Below are positions 23,230 to 38,261 of a DNA stretch of 64,000 nucleotides, one piece after another. The notes under the pieces are model-generated. The model saw only the letters and a program-made list of their open reading frames with translations, did no database searches and was not told the DNA's origin. The stretch spans positions 120,156,001-120,220,000 of the forward strand of contig OX597815.1 in the NCBI GenBank assembly GCA_951406725.2. The letters are read 5' to 3'. The DNA is from Octopus vulgaris (Eukaryota). The position numbers and the translations under genes are program-made. Each line of letters starts with the position of its first letter. Within the stretch, counting starts at the first letter, position 1.

Positions 23230-23535
23230 TTATTATTCATGGTGTTCTCGAATGTTTTACATTTTACATCAGTGTCCTTGATACCGAATAACAACCGGTT
23301 CCCTTAGATATCGAAGACATTTTTTACAATCCTTGCTGTTCCCAGTAGAGCAGGTTTCTGAATTAATGCAACTCTCATAGTTACACCAATCTCAATAAGG
23401 AAATTGCCAAGTTTGTTGGCGATAGAACCTATAACAACTGACACTACTTTTGTAGAAAGCCTCCAGTGTTTGTATTTCCCTAGCCAAATCCTTGTATTCT
23501 ATTTTCTGCTGTTCTTTGACCGCTATATTATTATT
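23230..23535 (-). mobile_element. R4/Dong-like RLE retrotransposon 3' fragment
   Basis: Minus strand reads NNIAVKEQQKIEYKDLAREIQ ... IQKPALLGTARIVKNVFDI*, the R4-clade C-terminal LLGTAR motif. Confidence 0.75.
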
Positions 23536-25419
23536 GAGTGAGAGAGCAGTGCATGCCATCACAGTGACACTGAGGCACAAATATACAAAGCCCAATATGG
23601 CCATCATGACTACCCGTTTGATAAGTATACACCAGGCACATGCATCACAACCATAAGTGTACAACATGTTGATCTCGTATCAAGATAAACAGCACATGAC
23701 CTGGCAAGTGGGGCCTAGTTAGAATTTTCTTCAGATTGAGTAGCCCATCCTACCCAAAAGGTCCCTGAATAAGGATTGTTTAAAGATGTTGAATGAAACA
23801 CCCATGTTTCTAAAAGGTGAATTATTCAAACCCCAAAGAATTCTTCTCAACACATGGCTATGATGCTTTCCCACTATTTCTGCTCCTGATCAGAGCTGCA
23901 CATATCGTCAGCCTTAAGGGACATGCTCAACTGGTTAAGGTCAAGAAAATCTGTGGTATCGAGCAGAATATTTGCTGTAGCCTATCTTTTATACCTTATT
24001 AAGGCGGCAAGCTGGCAGGATGAAATGCTTAGCTGTATTTTGCCTATCGCTACGTTCTGCTAAGGGCAACTTTGCTTTTCATCCTTTTGGCATTGATAAA
24101 TTAAGTACCTGTTGAGTACTGGGGTCAGTGTGATCGACTATCTCCCTCCCCAAATTTTAGACCTTGTGCTCATAGTAGAAAGGATTATTACTATCATTAT
24201 GTGGATGTAATAATGATAACCTAACAATTGCTGCCAAAAGTAGGGAGCTGCCAGTCAAATTGAAATAAAACTATTTGGAATCCTCTTTATTCTTCAATAA
24301 TGTTTCAACCACTGTTGTCTCAAATCAATTATTTTCTTGATATGTAATAAACTTTAAGTTCAATACTAGTTGAAAGCTGCAGCTAAATGATGGCTGGAGT
24401 TAACATTTTGAGTGACAAACAAGAATCACACACACATTTAGCCCTTTTAATACCAACCTGCCTGAGATTGCTTCTGGCTCTCTGATACAAACTTCCTGTT
24501 TTTAAAGTGATCTAAATTAAAATTGCCCATTTAAAATTTCATGTTAATCTATGTTCCAACCAGCAGCTTAACAATGACAGTTATTTTGATAAATTCTATA
24601 TTTTCAAGATGAATTGAACAAAGGCTGTATATTTGAACAGAATTATAGCAACAAAAGGGTTAAGGCTGAAATGAAGGAATTTCGGAAATGCTTTGGTGTA
24701 TTGTTTCATTTTTATTCACTGACTTTGAATAGTGCTATGGTTGCCTTACTCCGTCAACTCACCAGTCAGGTGAACGTGTATCATGAAAATCTTGTGATTG
24801 ATTCAGCCTCTGTTATTATTGGCTGCACTGTTTATAAACTTTTAAAATTTCATCAGATCTGAATCTTGTAATTAATAGTTCTGAAAAGAGAATGGGAGCA
24901 ATAGTTTGGATAATACTACTTTCCTTTCTCTTCACCAATATATGCAGCATATGTTGGTTCTAACCACCACCTGCTCATACAAAAAAAAAAAAAAAAAAAG
25001 TACCCCTCTCTTCCCAATATTTCTATTTCTGCCCAATCACTGCTGTTAAGACCATATTCTGTCAAAATGATGTCTACTATTTTTCTATGTCATCATGAAA
25101 CACAGCTTGCTAAAAATAGGAGCCAATATTCTTTCAGATCTGAAAAGGGAGTATAGATAGGATAATATAGTCCTAGACTAATGCAAAGATTGGATGCCTA
25201 TGACTGAAATGCCTTTAACCATAGGCTTATTTGGTAAGTGCCGACTTGGGGATAAAACAAGATGTTACAAATTTGTATGCAAGGCCTTCATCTCCCTGTA
25301 TCACCACAAAGCTATCAACTATTTCCAGTGAGCTTTCTGGGCATTTGAAAGAATTAATTTTGTTGTATTGTTACTAAAACTTTCTATGTATCTGCAACAT
25401 AGAATCAATCTTCTGTCAG

Positions 25420-26270
25420 CTGGCCTGTCATTTTACAGCATTTCTTATGTCCATAGTTTACACTAAAAGGAGTTTCTATCAATTCATCCCTCCCCTCTCT
25501 ACATATTGAGTACAGCTAGCATAACAAAATCTTGTCTAAATTTACTTTGAAAATTTTGATTCTAGGATTTTTTTCCTCTTTATGTCTGGAATTTCTACTA
25601 AATGTTTTACAGAATCTGCTGTAAGCATTAAGTCATCAGCATACAGGAGTTCCCATGGGTAGTTAGTCTTAAACTTCTCTGTTATCGCTTGAAAAACTAT
25701 AAGTAGGAGTGACTTGAGAAATGATTCTTAACAGACCCTTGCTGCTAACACTAAGTTCATTACTGATCTCGTTGCTGAGTGACTTTTGGACTTGGCTTTC
25801 ATAAACCACTCATCTACAGCTAGTTTCCTTACTGCTCACCAGATTACAGTGTGGAACTCTTTCAAAGACCTTCAAGGCTGATGGTTGCTAAGTATAGGGT
25901 ACATACTCCCAGCTAAGTATTTTTGCAGTAATCTCACAAGAATGATGGCTATGGTAGTCCTTTCTGGCTCATAGCTGAACTATATCTTTATCTTGTTAAT
26001 TCTATTCTTGATTATAACAACTCATTCTGTAAATTTCTTAACCTATTCAACAATTTGATATATCTGTAGTTTCCTCTCAGTGCATCAACATTGTCCTTAT
26101 AGCAGTGGATGATGATACTGGTATAGCACTTCTCTGTATTTCCTGATTGACTTTGCAAGTAGCTTGCATCTATTTTTACACCAGATAGTTTAAGCATCGC
26201 ACAACTATCCCCGAGGTAGCTGCTTTTCCTGAATTGCACTTAAGACCCTGCTGCTGTCAACTATATTCTG
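25420..26270 (-). mobile_element. Heavily decayed RTE-clade LINE fragment
   Basis: Minus strand reads PWELLYADD at ~25634-25660 and YKDNVDALRGNYRYIKLL near 26050-26100, colinear with the RTE copy at 50.9-51.6 kb. Confidence 0.75.
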
Positions 26271-28149
26271 GTAATGGATGTAAACATTGGTTTAGAAAAC
26301 AAAAAGCAACTGGTGCACTTCGAATGAATTACACTGTGGTACAAATACCCTTTTTGCCATTTCTTTTGTCAGAAACCCAGTCAGTGAACTAGTGAATGAT
26401 CTGTGGAAAACTACACCTGATTTTCTCCCCTCCATACATACGCAAACATGTATCTGACTCATACACTGTTCACTTTCCAGACATTTGTACATTACTGCAT
26501 ATGCTTTATACGCACTTTTGACAAGTTGTGGTGCACCTGAGCACTGTATACAATAATGTCATTATTATATAAACCTGTAGCAAACGGTGCTGTTGTTCAC
26601 AAATTACACTCTCCTGCATCTGTTTGTCTTCTGTGTTTAATCATCATTTATTGTCAATGTTCTGTGCTCGCACTGGTTATGAGTTTGACATGATTCGAAA
26701 GGCCCAAGTGCATCATGCTCCAGTGTCTATTTTGGTATAGTTTCTGTGGCTGGATGCCCTTCCTAACAACAGTCGCTTTACAGCATGTAGTGGGTGCTGT
26801 TTTGTGCTACTAGTAGTAGTGAGGGGCCAACTTTATGCTAGGTGAGAGGCAAAAGATGGGTAAACATATGAGAAAAAGGGACCTGTACAGAACAGGTTTG
26901 TTTCTGCAAAGGAGCTACAGTTAGCTCTTCTCAGTCTAGAAGAGGTGAGGCCAGAAAGCAGTGGAGGTGTTGATGACTGTTCAAATGAAACAGTAGGCAG
27001 GAGAACAACGAGGAAGGAATGATGTTGGGTAGGTTGTAGGAGTGTGTGAAGAAAAGAGTGGCAGGTGTATTGTATGAAGAGGGTGAGAGACATGTAAATA
27101 CTATTTTCTGCCAAAATATGTTTACAGATGTCTAATAAGATCTTTTGTTTATTATTTACTTTCTTAATGCTTACTCTGAATATTAATCATAGCAGGTGGC
27201 TGAAATAGTTTCACTCCACACTAAAGTATTGCGCATGACTATCAGAGCAGCTGCTATGAATACACACACATGCACACAGTTCATTGTAAACTACATCCCT
27301 TCCCAAAAGCCTAACTGACTGATTGGCAAACCTTCATTCACTAACATGTTATAAAGCCACTAGCATTACCAGCAAGGTGACTTCCCACACATATATCTCT
27401 TTCTATCATTATTACTGGTCCTTGCTAGTTTTGATGTAGCTGTATACTTTATTCATGCATCTCTCCTCCTCTCACTATTGTTACAACTCCCAACTTTCCA
27501 TCATCAAGTTCCAAATACTCCACTAGATGGTTTTCATGGTAATAGATTTTCTATCCATATTTCAACATTTCAATCTTAAGAATTTCTGTTGAACATCAAG
27601 TATATGTATCTCAGCAATCTTGGAGAACCTGCAGATGATTTGGAACCTTGCAGTGGTTAAAAAAATTTAATTCTGTGTTATTTTTCAAATATCTTGTAGT
27701 GCCTATACTTAGATGTGAGTTGATTCCTATTTAAAACAAGCAAATTTCTTGCTATCATAGTTCTCAATTTTCAAGCACATAATTCATCTAGATTATTTGC
27801 TGGTTTGGTTCTCTCCTTGTTTTATGCAGTTTCACTCCACATGTATTTGATTTGTGTATTTAAACTAGATTAGTCTTACAGAATTGATGGACCTCTCTCT
27901 CTCTCTTTCACACACACACACTGAGCTAACATTAAATATACCGAAATGAGGAACAGCTATTTTCAATATTGTACAGAGAAAAAATATTGCAGAAAACTTG
28001 TAAGTTAAGCGGGAAAAGCTGACATGGTGTGTCATGTTTCTTTAAAATATACTAGAAATATTATGTTTTCACTGTTTTGAATAAATTAAATATTTTAAAT
28101 ATAATATAATAATTTTAATGATTAATAGTTTTGAACTTGTATTACATTT

Positions 28150-29110
28150 TGAGACTCTCATCCTACAGCAACCTGTCTGAAATCCTCTTCCTTGGTGACT
28201 GCAGTGTCCCAGGTGGTGCTCACACTCTTTCCACACCAGTACTTCCAGTACAGAAGCTGGATCTTTAACCAATGTTCTTGCATTATCTTTCGCCATGAAT
28301 GACCTTATTTGATGCACTCACTCTCCAGACACCTTTTTCCTCATTAAATCCTGCCTTTACTACTAGAGTTTCTGTGCCTATTGGATCACCTGATCACTGC
28401 CTACTCAAGGTCACCCCATACCTTTTGGACCCTGTGGCACTTCAGTTCAGCTAACTAACAAGAGCTCCTCCAGTTTTACACTAATTATCTCTTGCTTCAA
28501 ATATTCATTACTCTGTCCCTAGTAACTGAAGCCTGTGCCTGCCCATTTTGTTACACAATCAAAATCCCAAGTTGTTTACATACAGCTGTACTGTCACAGT
28601 ATAGGGGAAGAACATAACTTATAGTAGAACTGGATTACTTTAACACTCACTGCTGCAGCTTCTGCAAGACTACGTTATGAAGATGCATTGCATAGCATGC
28701 AAGTACTGTTGTCTCTTGAACGAAAAGTAATTCTCCTTAGATGGGTTTCTTGTCATTTGATGGAATCCTATTTCTTGCCAGTCTTTAAACATGTTGGTTT
28801 TGTAAGAAATATTCTCCGAAAGAGATCTTCCACATTTGCTGTCTGCTTTACTTTATATTCCATAATATTCACCCTTGTTAAGAGACTTTCCACAAAACTT
28901 ACCTTCTTCATTCCACAAGTCTTACCACCACATAGACATATTGTGAAAATACATCTGGTTGAGTTAAAACAAAAAGGTCACATTTCTTTACTCAAACAAG
29001 GTCAGTAACTCTTTCACTATCCTCAGTCTCCACTTTTGTCTTTCTATAAGGATCTATTCTTACCTTTTGGAAACATTCTATTGTGTGTTCAATCCCCAAG
29101 AAGGTTCCTT
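28150..29110 (+). mobile_element. Very old LINE remnant (AP-endonuclease to pre-RT region)
   Basis: Traces of LFLGD and PIGSPDHCLL (endonuclease GDxN/SDH-like motifs) with many stops. Confidence 0.4.
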
Positions 29111-30148
29111 ACTCTGACTCTGTTGGCTGTTGATCTCACTCTTACTAGGTTTCAAAGATGATGGGAACCTGGAGTTTCTGTTCCTCCTTTTTGACCATTC
29201 TTCCAAAGGGTTGAAATGGTGAGTCTCAAACTACTTGGCTGTAAAGTGTTGGTGAACAAATCTACTGAATGCACTTATAGGATGTGTGGGTAGCAGTGAC
29301 AGTACTCTAATGTGGGTTACACTTGAGATTTGTACAGGGTCAACAGCTTTGACACTTAAGTGATTTTACAAATGTATTGTATGTGTAATGATAAGATAAA
29401 TATATATTTGATTGTGTCAGTACAAAAGTAATCGTTTAAGATCAAATCATGACATGTTATTGTTGCGACTAGTTTAAAAAGAAAATTTGTCCCCCCCCCT
29501 AACTCAGTTGCAGAATTTCTATTGTACATTCACTGAATATTTTCTAAGATGTTATTTAACTTCCATAAGGTGTTGAGTTTATTAGATAAGTTGAGACTAC
29601 CAGAATAGCAACATGTCTTTATAAGACACCAGTCCTATTTTATAGTCATGCCAATAGTTATTTATCTTATTGGGCCATAATCAATCTTGCACTGACCATT
29701 TGGCTCTTGTTTTTTTTCTTGTCTTCCTTTCTTTTGGGTCTGTTTAGTGAGGTATGTCTGTATGGTTGAGAAGTTTGCTTTGCAGGTATGTGGTGTTTTG
29801 GCTCAGTCCCATTCTGCAGTACCTTTGGGTTGGCCAAAGCCTTGTATGTGGATTTGGTAGATAGGAATTGAAAGAAGCCCTGTGTGCATGTGCGTGCGCG
29901 TGTGTATGTACGTACATTAGCACGTCTTCAAAAATTGCTGAGCTGCATGCAGTAATGTTATCAATTTCCCTTGTCAACAAATCATCCACTGGCTTTACAC
30001 CTTCAAAGATTTATGGAATAAGAGATCCTTTACTTGAAAACAGATAAGGCTTGACATGATTGGCATCTGGCTGAAAAACCTGTTTTTTGGTAATATATTC
30101 ATGTGAGCTTAGAAAAACAGATGTAATAATGAATAAATGAAATGAACA

Positions 30149-30186
<38 letters not shown>

Positions 30187-30907
30187 CCCCATTTAGATGT
30201 TGGTGTTTGATTTGAGTGATATTTGGCTTGGGCTCCTTCATATTCTTTTGTGATTAACTGAGAATCAGGAATTTGAAATATATAGAGTTTTCTGGCTTGA
30301 TTTATCTTTAGCTCAGCTTGTTCTATAAATGTACCTTTTTTCTAATATAAAATAAATATTTGTCTCCAGGCAGTATATCCTGAGTGATGTGCATTGCTGC
30401 TAGTTTCCACTACCAACAATTTGGAATAATTTTTTTTTTTGTTAGTTTCTTTTTTTTCTTTTTTTTTTTTTTTTTTGCAGCTGTTACTTGTTGTAAGCTT
30501 TGAGATCCAGTTTAAGATATTATTAACTTGGTTTCCTTCAGGCTTAAAGTTTTGCTGTGCAGGAATCAAGGTGGAGAGGTTTAGGAAGAGGCTTGGTATG
30601 AAGTGGCATTTTTGGCTTTAACTTGTGCTTGCTTGACCTTGATGTGAATACAGGATTTTCTTGTTGCAACAACATTCTTAGTATCTTTTGCAATCCTGTG
30701 AGCATCTTCTGAACAACTGACCTTTGCATAACTTGGATAACCTTTCTTCACTTTGATCTATTAAATAGAATGTAATTTTGTTTGATTGTGAACCAAAGTT
30801 TATGAATGTAATTTTGTTGGTGGTTTTGTTTATACGATTTACGATTTGGATTGTTTTGACTGATATAAATTAAAACCTCCAAAATAATGACACTTGAGGC
30901 AAATATA

Positions 30908-31146
30908 CTTTACTCTTTTACTTGTTTCAGTCATTTGACTGTGGGCATGCTGGAGCACCACCTTTAGTTGAGCAAATCAACCCCAGGACTTATTCTTTGT
31001 AAGCCTAGTACTTATTCTATCAGTCTCATTTGGCACACTGCTAAGTTACAGGGACGTAACACACCTGCATTGGTTGTCAAGCGATGATGGGGGGGACAGT
31101 CACATAAGCGTTTATACATACACACACACACACATATATATATATA

Positions 31147-31192
<46 letters not shown>

Positions 31193-31333
31193 CACACGAT
31201 GGGCTTCTTTCAGTTTCCGTCTACCAAATCCACTCACAAGGCTTTGGTTGGCCCCAAGGCTATAGTAGACACTTGCCCAAGGTGCCACGCAATGGGACTG
31301 AACCCAGAACCATGTTGTTGGTAAGCAAGCTAC
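30908..31333 (-). mobile_element. Full-length SINE, family A
   Basis: Reverse complement of the 57408 copy. Further minus copies lie at ~1965-2265, 10078-10668 and 32210-32548. Confidence 0.9.
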
Positions 31334-34300
31334 TTACCACACAGCCACTCCTACACATATAAGTTAACAATTCAAAATTGATTGATAGCAATAATAATTT
31401 TCTAAAATAGGCACAAGGCCAGACATTTGTGGAGAGGGACTTAGTTGATTATTTTAATTCCTGTACTTGAGTGGTACTTTATTTTCATCAATCCAGAAAA
31501 GAGGGAAGGAAGTGCCACTGACCTTTTACAGGGCTTCCAAGAACAGTGGGAGAGAAGGAATTTAAAGGGCATCCTTATACTAGAAACCTGAAGTAAATAC
31601 TTGCAAAATGTAGGGGGCCTACTAAAGGCACCAAAAGTGCCAGGTGGTGCTGTTAAACAAGGTGATGGATTAACTCAACCACTCATGCTAGCTATTTTAG
31701 CCAATTTTCTTTCTTAAATGTTCATTATAATCCTTTTAGATTTTTTAGTTTCTCTTGGAATAGTTGATAATAGTTCTCGTATGCTAGCAACCAGTGATAA
31801 TTCTTGTGAACAATGTGATTATTGTCGCATTAAAGATTTTATCTTCACTGCAATCTGTATACACTCTGAAAGTGGTTGGGTTTTTTTCTTTTAACTATGT
31901 CTAGCTGTAGAAATTATGCCAAAGCAGACATTATAGATCAACGCAGCCCTCCAGCCTGTCAAGTTATTCGACCCATGCCATCATAGAAGAATATTAAATG
32001 AAGTGCACATTCCGAAGAAAACTCTTTGTTTTTTCTTAATATTCATTTTATGGTGACGATGGTAGAACTGTAATTAATTGCATTAGCATTTCTTTTAATG
32101 TTAGGAGAAACCAAACCCTATCATGTTTTACATTGCTGCCCTTTATTAGAGTTGGTAAACTGGAAATTTTTACAATGCAATGTTACATTAGTTATAAAAT
32201 ATTGGTATTCTTTTGTTTAAGTCATGTGACTGTGGCCAGAGCAAATTGACCCCTGGACTTATTCTTTGTTAGCCTACTACTTATTCTATCGGTGCTTTTT
32301 GCCGAACCGTTAAGTTATGGGGATACAAACACCAACATCAGTTGTCGGGGGGGGGGACAAACACTCAAGTATGCAGGCATGCACACGCACATATACGACT
32401 AACTTTTAGTTTCTGTATACCAAATCCACTCACAAGGCTTTGGTTGGCCCAAGGCTATAGAAGACACTTGCCCAGGGTACCAAGCAGTGGGACTGAACCC
32501 AGAACCATGTGGTTGGTAGCAAGCTGCTTACCACACAGCCTCTCCTGCACCTATTGGTTATAAAATATAAATTGTACCTTACCTAGTTGTTCTGTACCCT
32601 GTTGACTCATTTGTGCCTGACCCCTATTTACTCTCATTACTCAAATGGATATCTTTATCGTGTCATACTGTATTTATCCAAATAAAACTGAATTTGCATG
32701 CAATCCTTCAAGTTCAGAAGCATTATTCAACTGAAAAACCAAGCTTTGACATTGAACAGGTAGACACCTTAGATATTCTTAGCTTGTATAATCCATACAC
32801 CACAATATTAACATAACAAAAACCTTATTTTGCTTGGAAATTGGGTTATTTCATTTCCTTACTTGAGAACTATACCTTACACCATTTGCAATGTATGTTT
32901 TAATACCAATTGTCAGCTAACAATCTTCATTAACTGTGAGAAACATCAATCAAAGTTGTTTCTCCATTTTATTCACTGTCAATATTTGTATCATTATTTG
33001 ATGTACATGAGCTTCAATACACTTTTTTTTTAATACCTTTAATAATCACAGGTATATTATCACCTGCTTGAAATTGAAACCAAGCTTGTGCTTCATCTTT
33101 TCTTTTGCACGGATACCAAACTAGAGCTGTAGTTTCACTCAGCACTATTGAGTATATCTTTTTGCTTCTGAAGGTAGCTGGACTAAAGTCTTCTTGATTG
33201 AGGGATTGTCTGCTAACTCAGATGCATACAATTCTAATAAACCTTAGTAGGAACTTTAGTTGGTGAATATTTGTTTAAACCTATATTAATACTCATGACC
33301 ATTCTTTCAGGAATTCCATTCGATTGTGGATATGGAGGTATTTTTACAGGATTATGTCTGATTTAATCAACTTGCACAAAATTCATAGGCATCACCAAGA
33401 ACAGGGCATAATTCTTTATAAACTGTTTTTGACAGCTTATTAAGCACTTTTTCCCTGTTGAAATGTCCCAAAAAATTAGGGCTTAGGTTACTGGCAAGTG
33501 GTGGTCTGTGTGCTACGGTGCCCCTTAAAATTAAAATTACCAAATATAATTTATATATTCAGGACACCTGTTTCTGTTGCTCTATCATATTTTAACCTCT
33601 TGTCTCCTGGCATAAAACCACCTTCCTCAGTATTACGCCTTCTCATTTGTAGATCCTGGTTTGCAAGTTACTTAATGACCTCACTAGTGCTGCATAAAAC
33701 CACCCAGTGCACATTGTAAAGTGGTTGGCATTAGGAACGGCATGCAGTCATTGGGGCTTGGCACAGTCCTCTGGCTCAGCTGTTTCTGTTGAACCATCCA
33801 AGCTATGTCAAAAACAGATTATTTTATCACTGCATTTGATGGCTGTGACATTAAATGGTGGTGATGATAATAAAATAATCTGTGATTGATTAAATAGTCA
33901 ATTCACTTTTAAAATCTTCAGATTGTCATTAACCCAACACAAAGGAGTCATAGAGAAGACACCTTCACAACCAGTAGTAACTTGTTAACCTTGAACAGGA
34001 TGTTTCAATTTCAGTGCATGTAAACAACATTGAACAATGGTAGTGAAGTAATGATTTCCAGAAAGAGTGGAGTGGGAAAAAATTATTAATATAGTTCTCT
34101 TTTGAAATTATCAGAAGCTATTGCACCCAATCAGCCGTCCTCATGACTCAAATCCATTGACTATTTAATTTTTGTTTATTTTAATTTGTGTTTTATATGG
34201 TAATTGTGGAAATGAATTGTTTTGTGAAATTAAAAAAAGAAAGACAAACTGAATGAAACTAGGACATTTATGCCATAAATATAACAATGGCTATGGCTAA

Positions 34301-37115
34301 AATAAGTTGCATGAAATATTAATAGCGTTATAGTTCAGGTTTTCTTTTTACTAGTATTTACCTACAATCAGAGCTGGTTTCTTTAGGTACAATGAATTTA
34401 TAAAAGATTTATGTAAGAACCATTTTAAGCTAGATGTGAAACATCACTGATATTTCAATAAATAAGGAAGTAGATGTTTTATGAAACCTGTGTAAATTCA
34501 CAATTTTAGAATTAACTTGAAAAATAGTGGTAGAATATTTTAGTTAGAAATCTCTACAGAAATAGGTAACTTTTACATGTTTCTAGATCTTCTATTAAAG
34601 TTTGCATATATTATCATGCCTTGATATTTTGTGGGCTGGGTTTCTGTTAGTAAATAAAATGCTCAACACTTTTAGTATGCAAATTGGTTCTGTGAAGTTA
34701 TTAGATTTGATGTGTATATAAACAAATTGGCTACTTTGTTTCCCTAGAAATAAACAAATGATGTAGGCACGTGAAGAAACCCTAATAAGGGTCGAAAATT
34801 GATTTAAGGCTGTTCATGATTTTTCGATCTATGGAGAAATAGGCAAATTTGGCATGTTTGAATGCCTTTAACATCAATAATAATGGGGTTAATGTTTTTT
34901 TATTGGGAATTTACTAAATTTCGTATGAATGCATAAAATGACCTCATTGTGGAAAAGGCTGAAATTCTTTCTTTTTTTTAAAGAAGAGTCAGTCAAAACT
35001 GAAGTGTCTTTTAAGCTTGTACTCCTTACAAACAATGAAATACAGTAATCTTGAATCATATATGTATTTAGGCTTTCATTTATTTTTAGGTCATGTTTGT
35101 GCTGTGTGATGATGTAATTCTAGCACATAGTGTTTACATCTTCACATTAAGCAGGCTACCATGCTTTTATTTTCGACTGATTCCTTATTATCATTGAGCC
35201 ACTAAATACATTGTAAAAAGATCTCTTCTTTCCTCTGTCAACTTGATTTTTGATAACTTGAGTAGAAATAATCCAGTTTATGATCAATTTCATCCAAACC
35301 AACATTATTAATAAAATTCAGATGCTATTTGAAAACTCTTTATGTTTCCTAATTAAATGTCCTTTGTAAGGTTCTCCTTTAAAATATATGCATGGCCAAT
35401 TTGAATTTTGACCAAAGAGAAAATATTATTTGAGCACACCATACAAGCTCCAAAACTTCATTTTAACTCTTTAACATTCCAATTACTCTATCAAATATAA
35501 TGCTTATTTATTCAGATTATTTTGAATTAATTATGCATTATCTTGTGGCTTTAAAATTCCAATGATGTGATTGTTTATTAGAATAACATTGTTGGGAGGT
35601 GTGAGAAGTGTGATCTGGCCTGTTGGGACATAAAATGGACAGAATATATCTGGGTGGATATGGCCAGTTTAAACAGTAAAGGGTTAATATTTGAGTATCT
35701 CATTTCTGTTAACTTGATATAGTTCAAAATTGCTCTCTTGTAATTATATTTCTGATATAGCCTTTTCACTTGCATCATTTGTTAAGATCACCCTTTTTTT
35801 TTTTTTTTTTTTCTGTGCCTTTATAAATCTGAGCCACTGGCTTTGATACTAATATCACATTTTTTATACTTGAATGACTTCTTTTGTTGAACACCCTATT
35901 TACAAAGTGGTGCAAGCAGCAATATGCAGGCCAAATAATGAAAAATATATCAGCCGTAGGAAACAATTCCAGGAAAAGATTTTAATTGCTTATCTTTTAC
36001 TGGATTTAAAGTTCTCACTACTGAATGATAGTCTTGTAATAGACCCTCTTTTGTCAGTCTGTATCCTTCCAGTAAGATAATTCTAACATGGACTTAGAGC
36101 CATCAGGAATAATAAGCAATCAAACTGTTTTATGGTCTTATCTACCTTGATATTCAAACAGTTACATTATCAGCCTCCTCATCATTTAATGTCTGCTTTC
36201 CATGCTGTCAAGAGTTAGGTGGTTTGACGAGAGCTGTACCAGGTTCCAGTCTGATTTGGCATGGTTTCTATGGCTGAATGCCCTTCCTAATGCCACTCAG
36301 TGTAATGGGTGCCATTTACATGACTCTGGTAACAGCCTCCACTATGGTTTCATTTGGCGTGACAAGTCTTCTAAAGCACAGAATATTGCCAAGGTCTTGT
36401 TCCTCTTAAGATATATATCCTCATCATATAGCATTTGTTTTCCATGCTGGCATGGATTAGATGGCTTGACCAGAGCTGGTAAGCCAGAGTTGTTTTGACT
36501 TGGTTTCTATGGTTGGATACCCTTCTTAACATCAACTACTTTACAGTGAGTACTGGGTGCTTTTTTAAGTGTCACCAGCATAGGTGCCTTTTGTGCAGGT
36601 ACCATTGGTGTATCTATGAAAATAATTTCTATTGCTTCCATCTGGTATGACCCTTCTAAAATCAATTTAGCAAATATAATTCTTGTCAGAAAAAGAATGA
36701 AATATCTATTAATCATCTAAACAAATTTCTTTATTTACACCTATTTTATAGTTTCCAAATTCCTGGAAATTTCCATCTGCCTTTCAATAGTCACTTAAAA
36801 AACAGATTTATTTATTCCCTCTAGAAGGAGTTTCTAAAAGACATTCATTAATTGGTGTCTTTTGCCTCGTTATCATTAATGGTATAATGTGTGTGTACAT
36901 TAGTCCATTAGTGATGGTTTTGTCATTCACAGTTTCTTATTTAGACTAACACTATCCTGAAGTAAATTTGCTAAAACAGTTGTACCTACTTTCAAGACTT
37001 GATTTGAGAACTAATTTCCCTTCCTACTTGTTGTGGTGGACACCTCCAAGCGAGAAGTGGGCTGTTCCACTACTGATAAATAGTGGACAGACATAGCAAA
37101 CAGCATCAGTCACTG

Positions 37116-37310
37116 CCGTTCAAGAATTTGGACCTGGAGATCTCCATTTCCAGCAATTTTGAGGGCCACCTCCCAGTGGTGTCGGGCGTCAATGAAGAGC
37201 CCCCGATTATAATAAGACAACCAAAGTTTCTTTTCCAAGGTCTGGGGTCTCCCGCCCCTAAGCCCTAGACCATCACCTAATCACCCTTACTCGTCTTGTT
37301 GCTTAACAAC
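37116..37310 (+). mobile_element. 195-bp retroposed insert with 17-bp TSD and (AAC)n tail
   Basis: aacagcatcagtcactg at 37099-37115 and 37311-37327; the insert is GC-richer than its flanks and ends gcttaacaac. Confidence 0.8.
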
Positions 37311-38261
37311 AACAGCATCAGTCACTGAAGGTACGCTGTTCAGGCCAGTCTCACAGACGAGGAAATATTTCATCATAATGTGGGACATATCAGTGGTGAT
37401 GAGGGTACCTCCCATTGTATAATGGTGTCATTATAACAGTGGTAACGAGGTTACAAACACTCGTAGGAGTGTTGAAATGGAAGAACTACACACAGTGAAA
37501 AATATATGAATTCTATTAAAAAAAGTTTCTGAAGAAAATATATTTGATAAAACTGGAACTCTAACTCAACTGAACTACAGTGAAAAATAATATAAATCTG
37601 TTCAGGTCGCTATGTTAGTCAGATTGCTATTTTAGTAGCGCTATCGGTAACAATGTAGACAAGTACTACTTGTGGCATTCAGAAGAGAAAAATAATTCTG
37701 TGTGGAAAACTGTAGACTCAGGCTGTTTTGTGTATATTTTCCTGAAAACTGGTCCCCCCCAAAAAAATTTTAAACTTTAGAATGCAATATGATTAGATGA
37801 ATGTAGTTTCTTTGTCAATTATCTATTAAGATAATTAGTGATGTGTGTCTATCTCTCTGTTTGTTCATCTCCTGTGTCTGAATTTCATGGGAACACCAAC
37901 AGATCATTTAGTTAGCTGAATATTGAATAGAAATATTTAAACATTTAACTGTTTTACAAATTGTGTACATATTTATTTCATTTAACATTTTTTTCATGGT
38001 ATCGATTTAAATTGAGGCAGAAATTTTATGGTTGGCACCCTTCAGGTTGCCAATGTTTATTTGCTTTTCAAGTAAAGGATTTTTTTTTAAAATTTGAGAG
38101 GTATTAAAAAAAAAAGCGCAGTTAGCTGATAAACTGTTAGCAAGGAAATGGCAACAGTTATCACCAATATGTAACTGAGCTGCAAATGGTGTTGTCACCA
38201 TCTGTGGCCATTACTCTGCCTAGTTTTGTAAAGATGCATGTTGTATGCATACACACACACA

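Noticed and set aside
35106-35180. C/D-box snoRNA-like GTGATGA...CTGA spacing
   Set aside because: There is no terminal stem and no rRNA/snRNA antisense element that I can recognise; such boxes are common by chance in AT-rich DNA.
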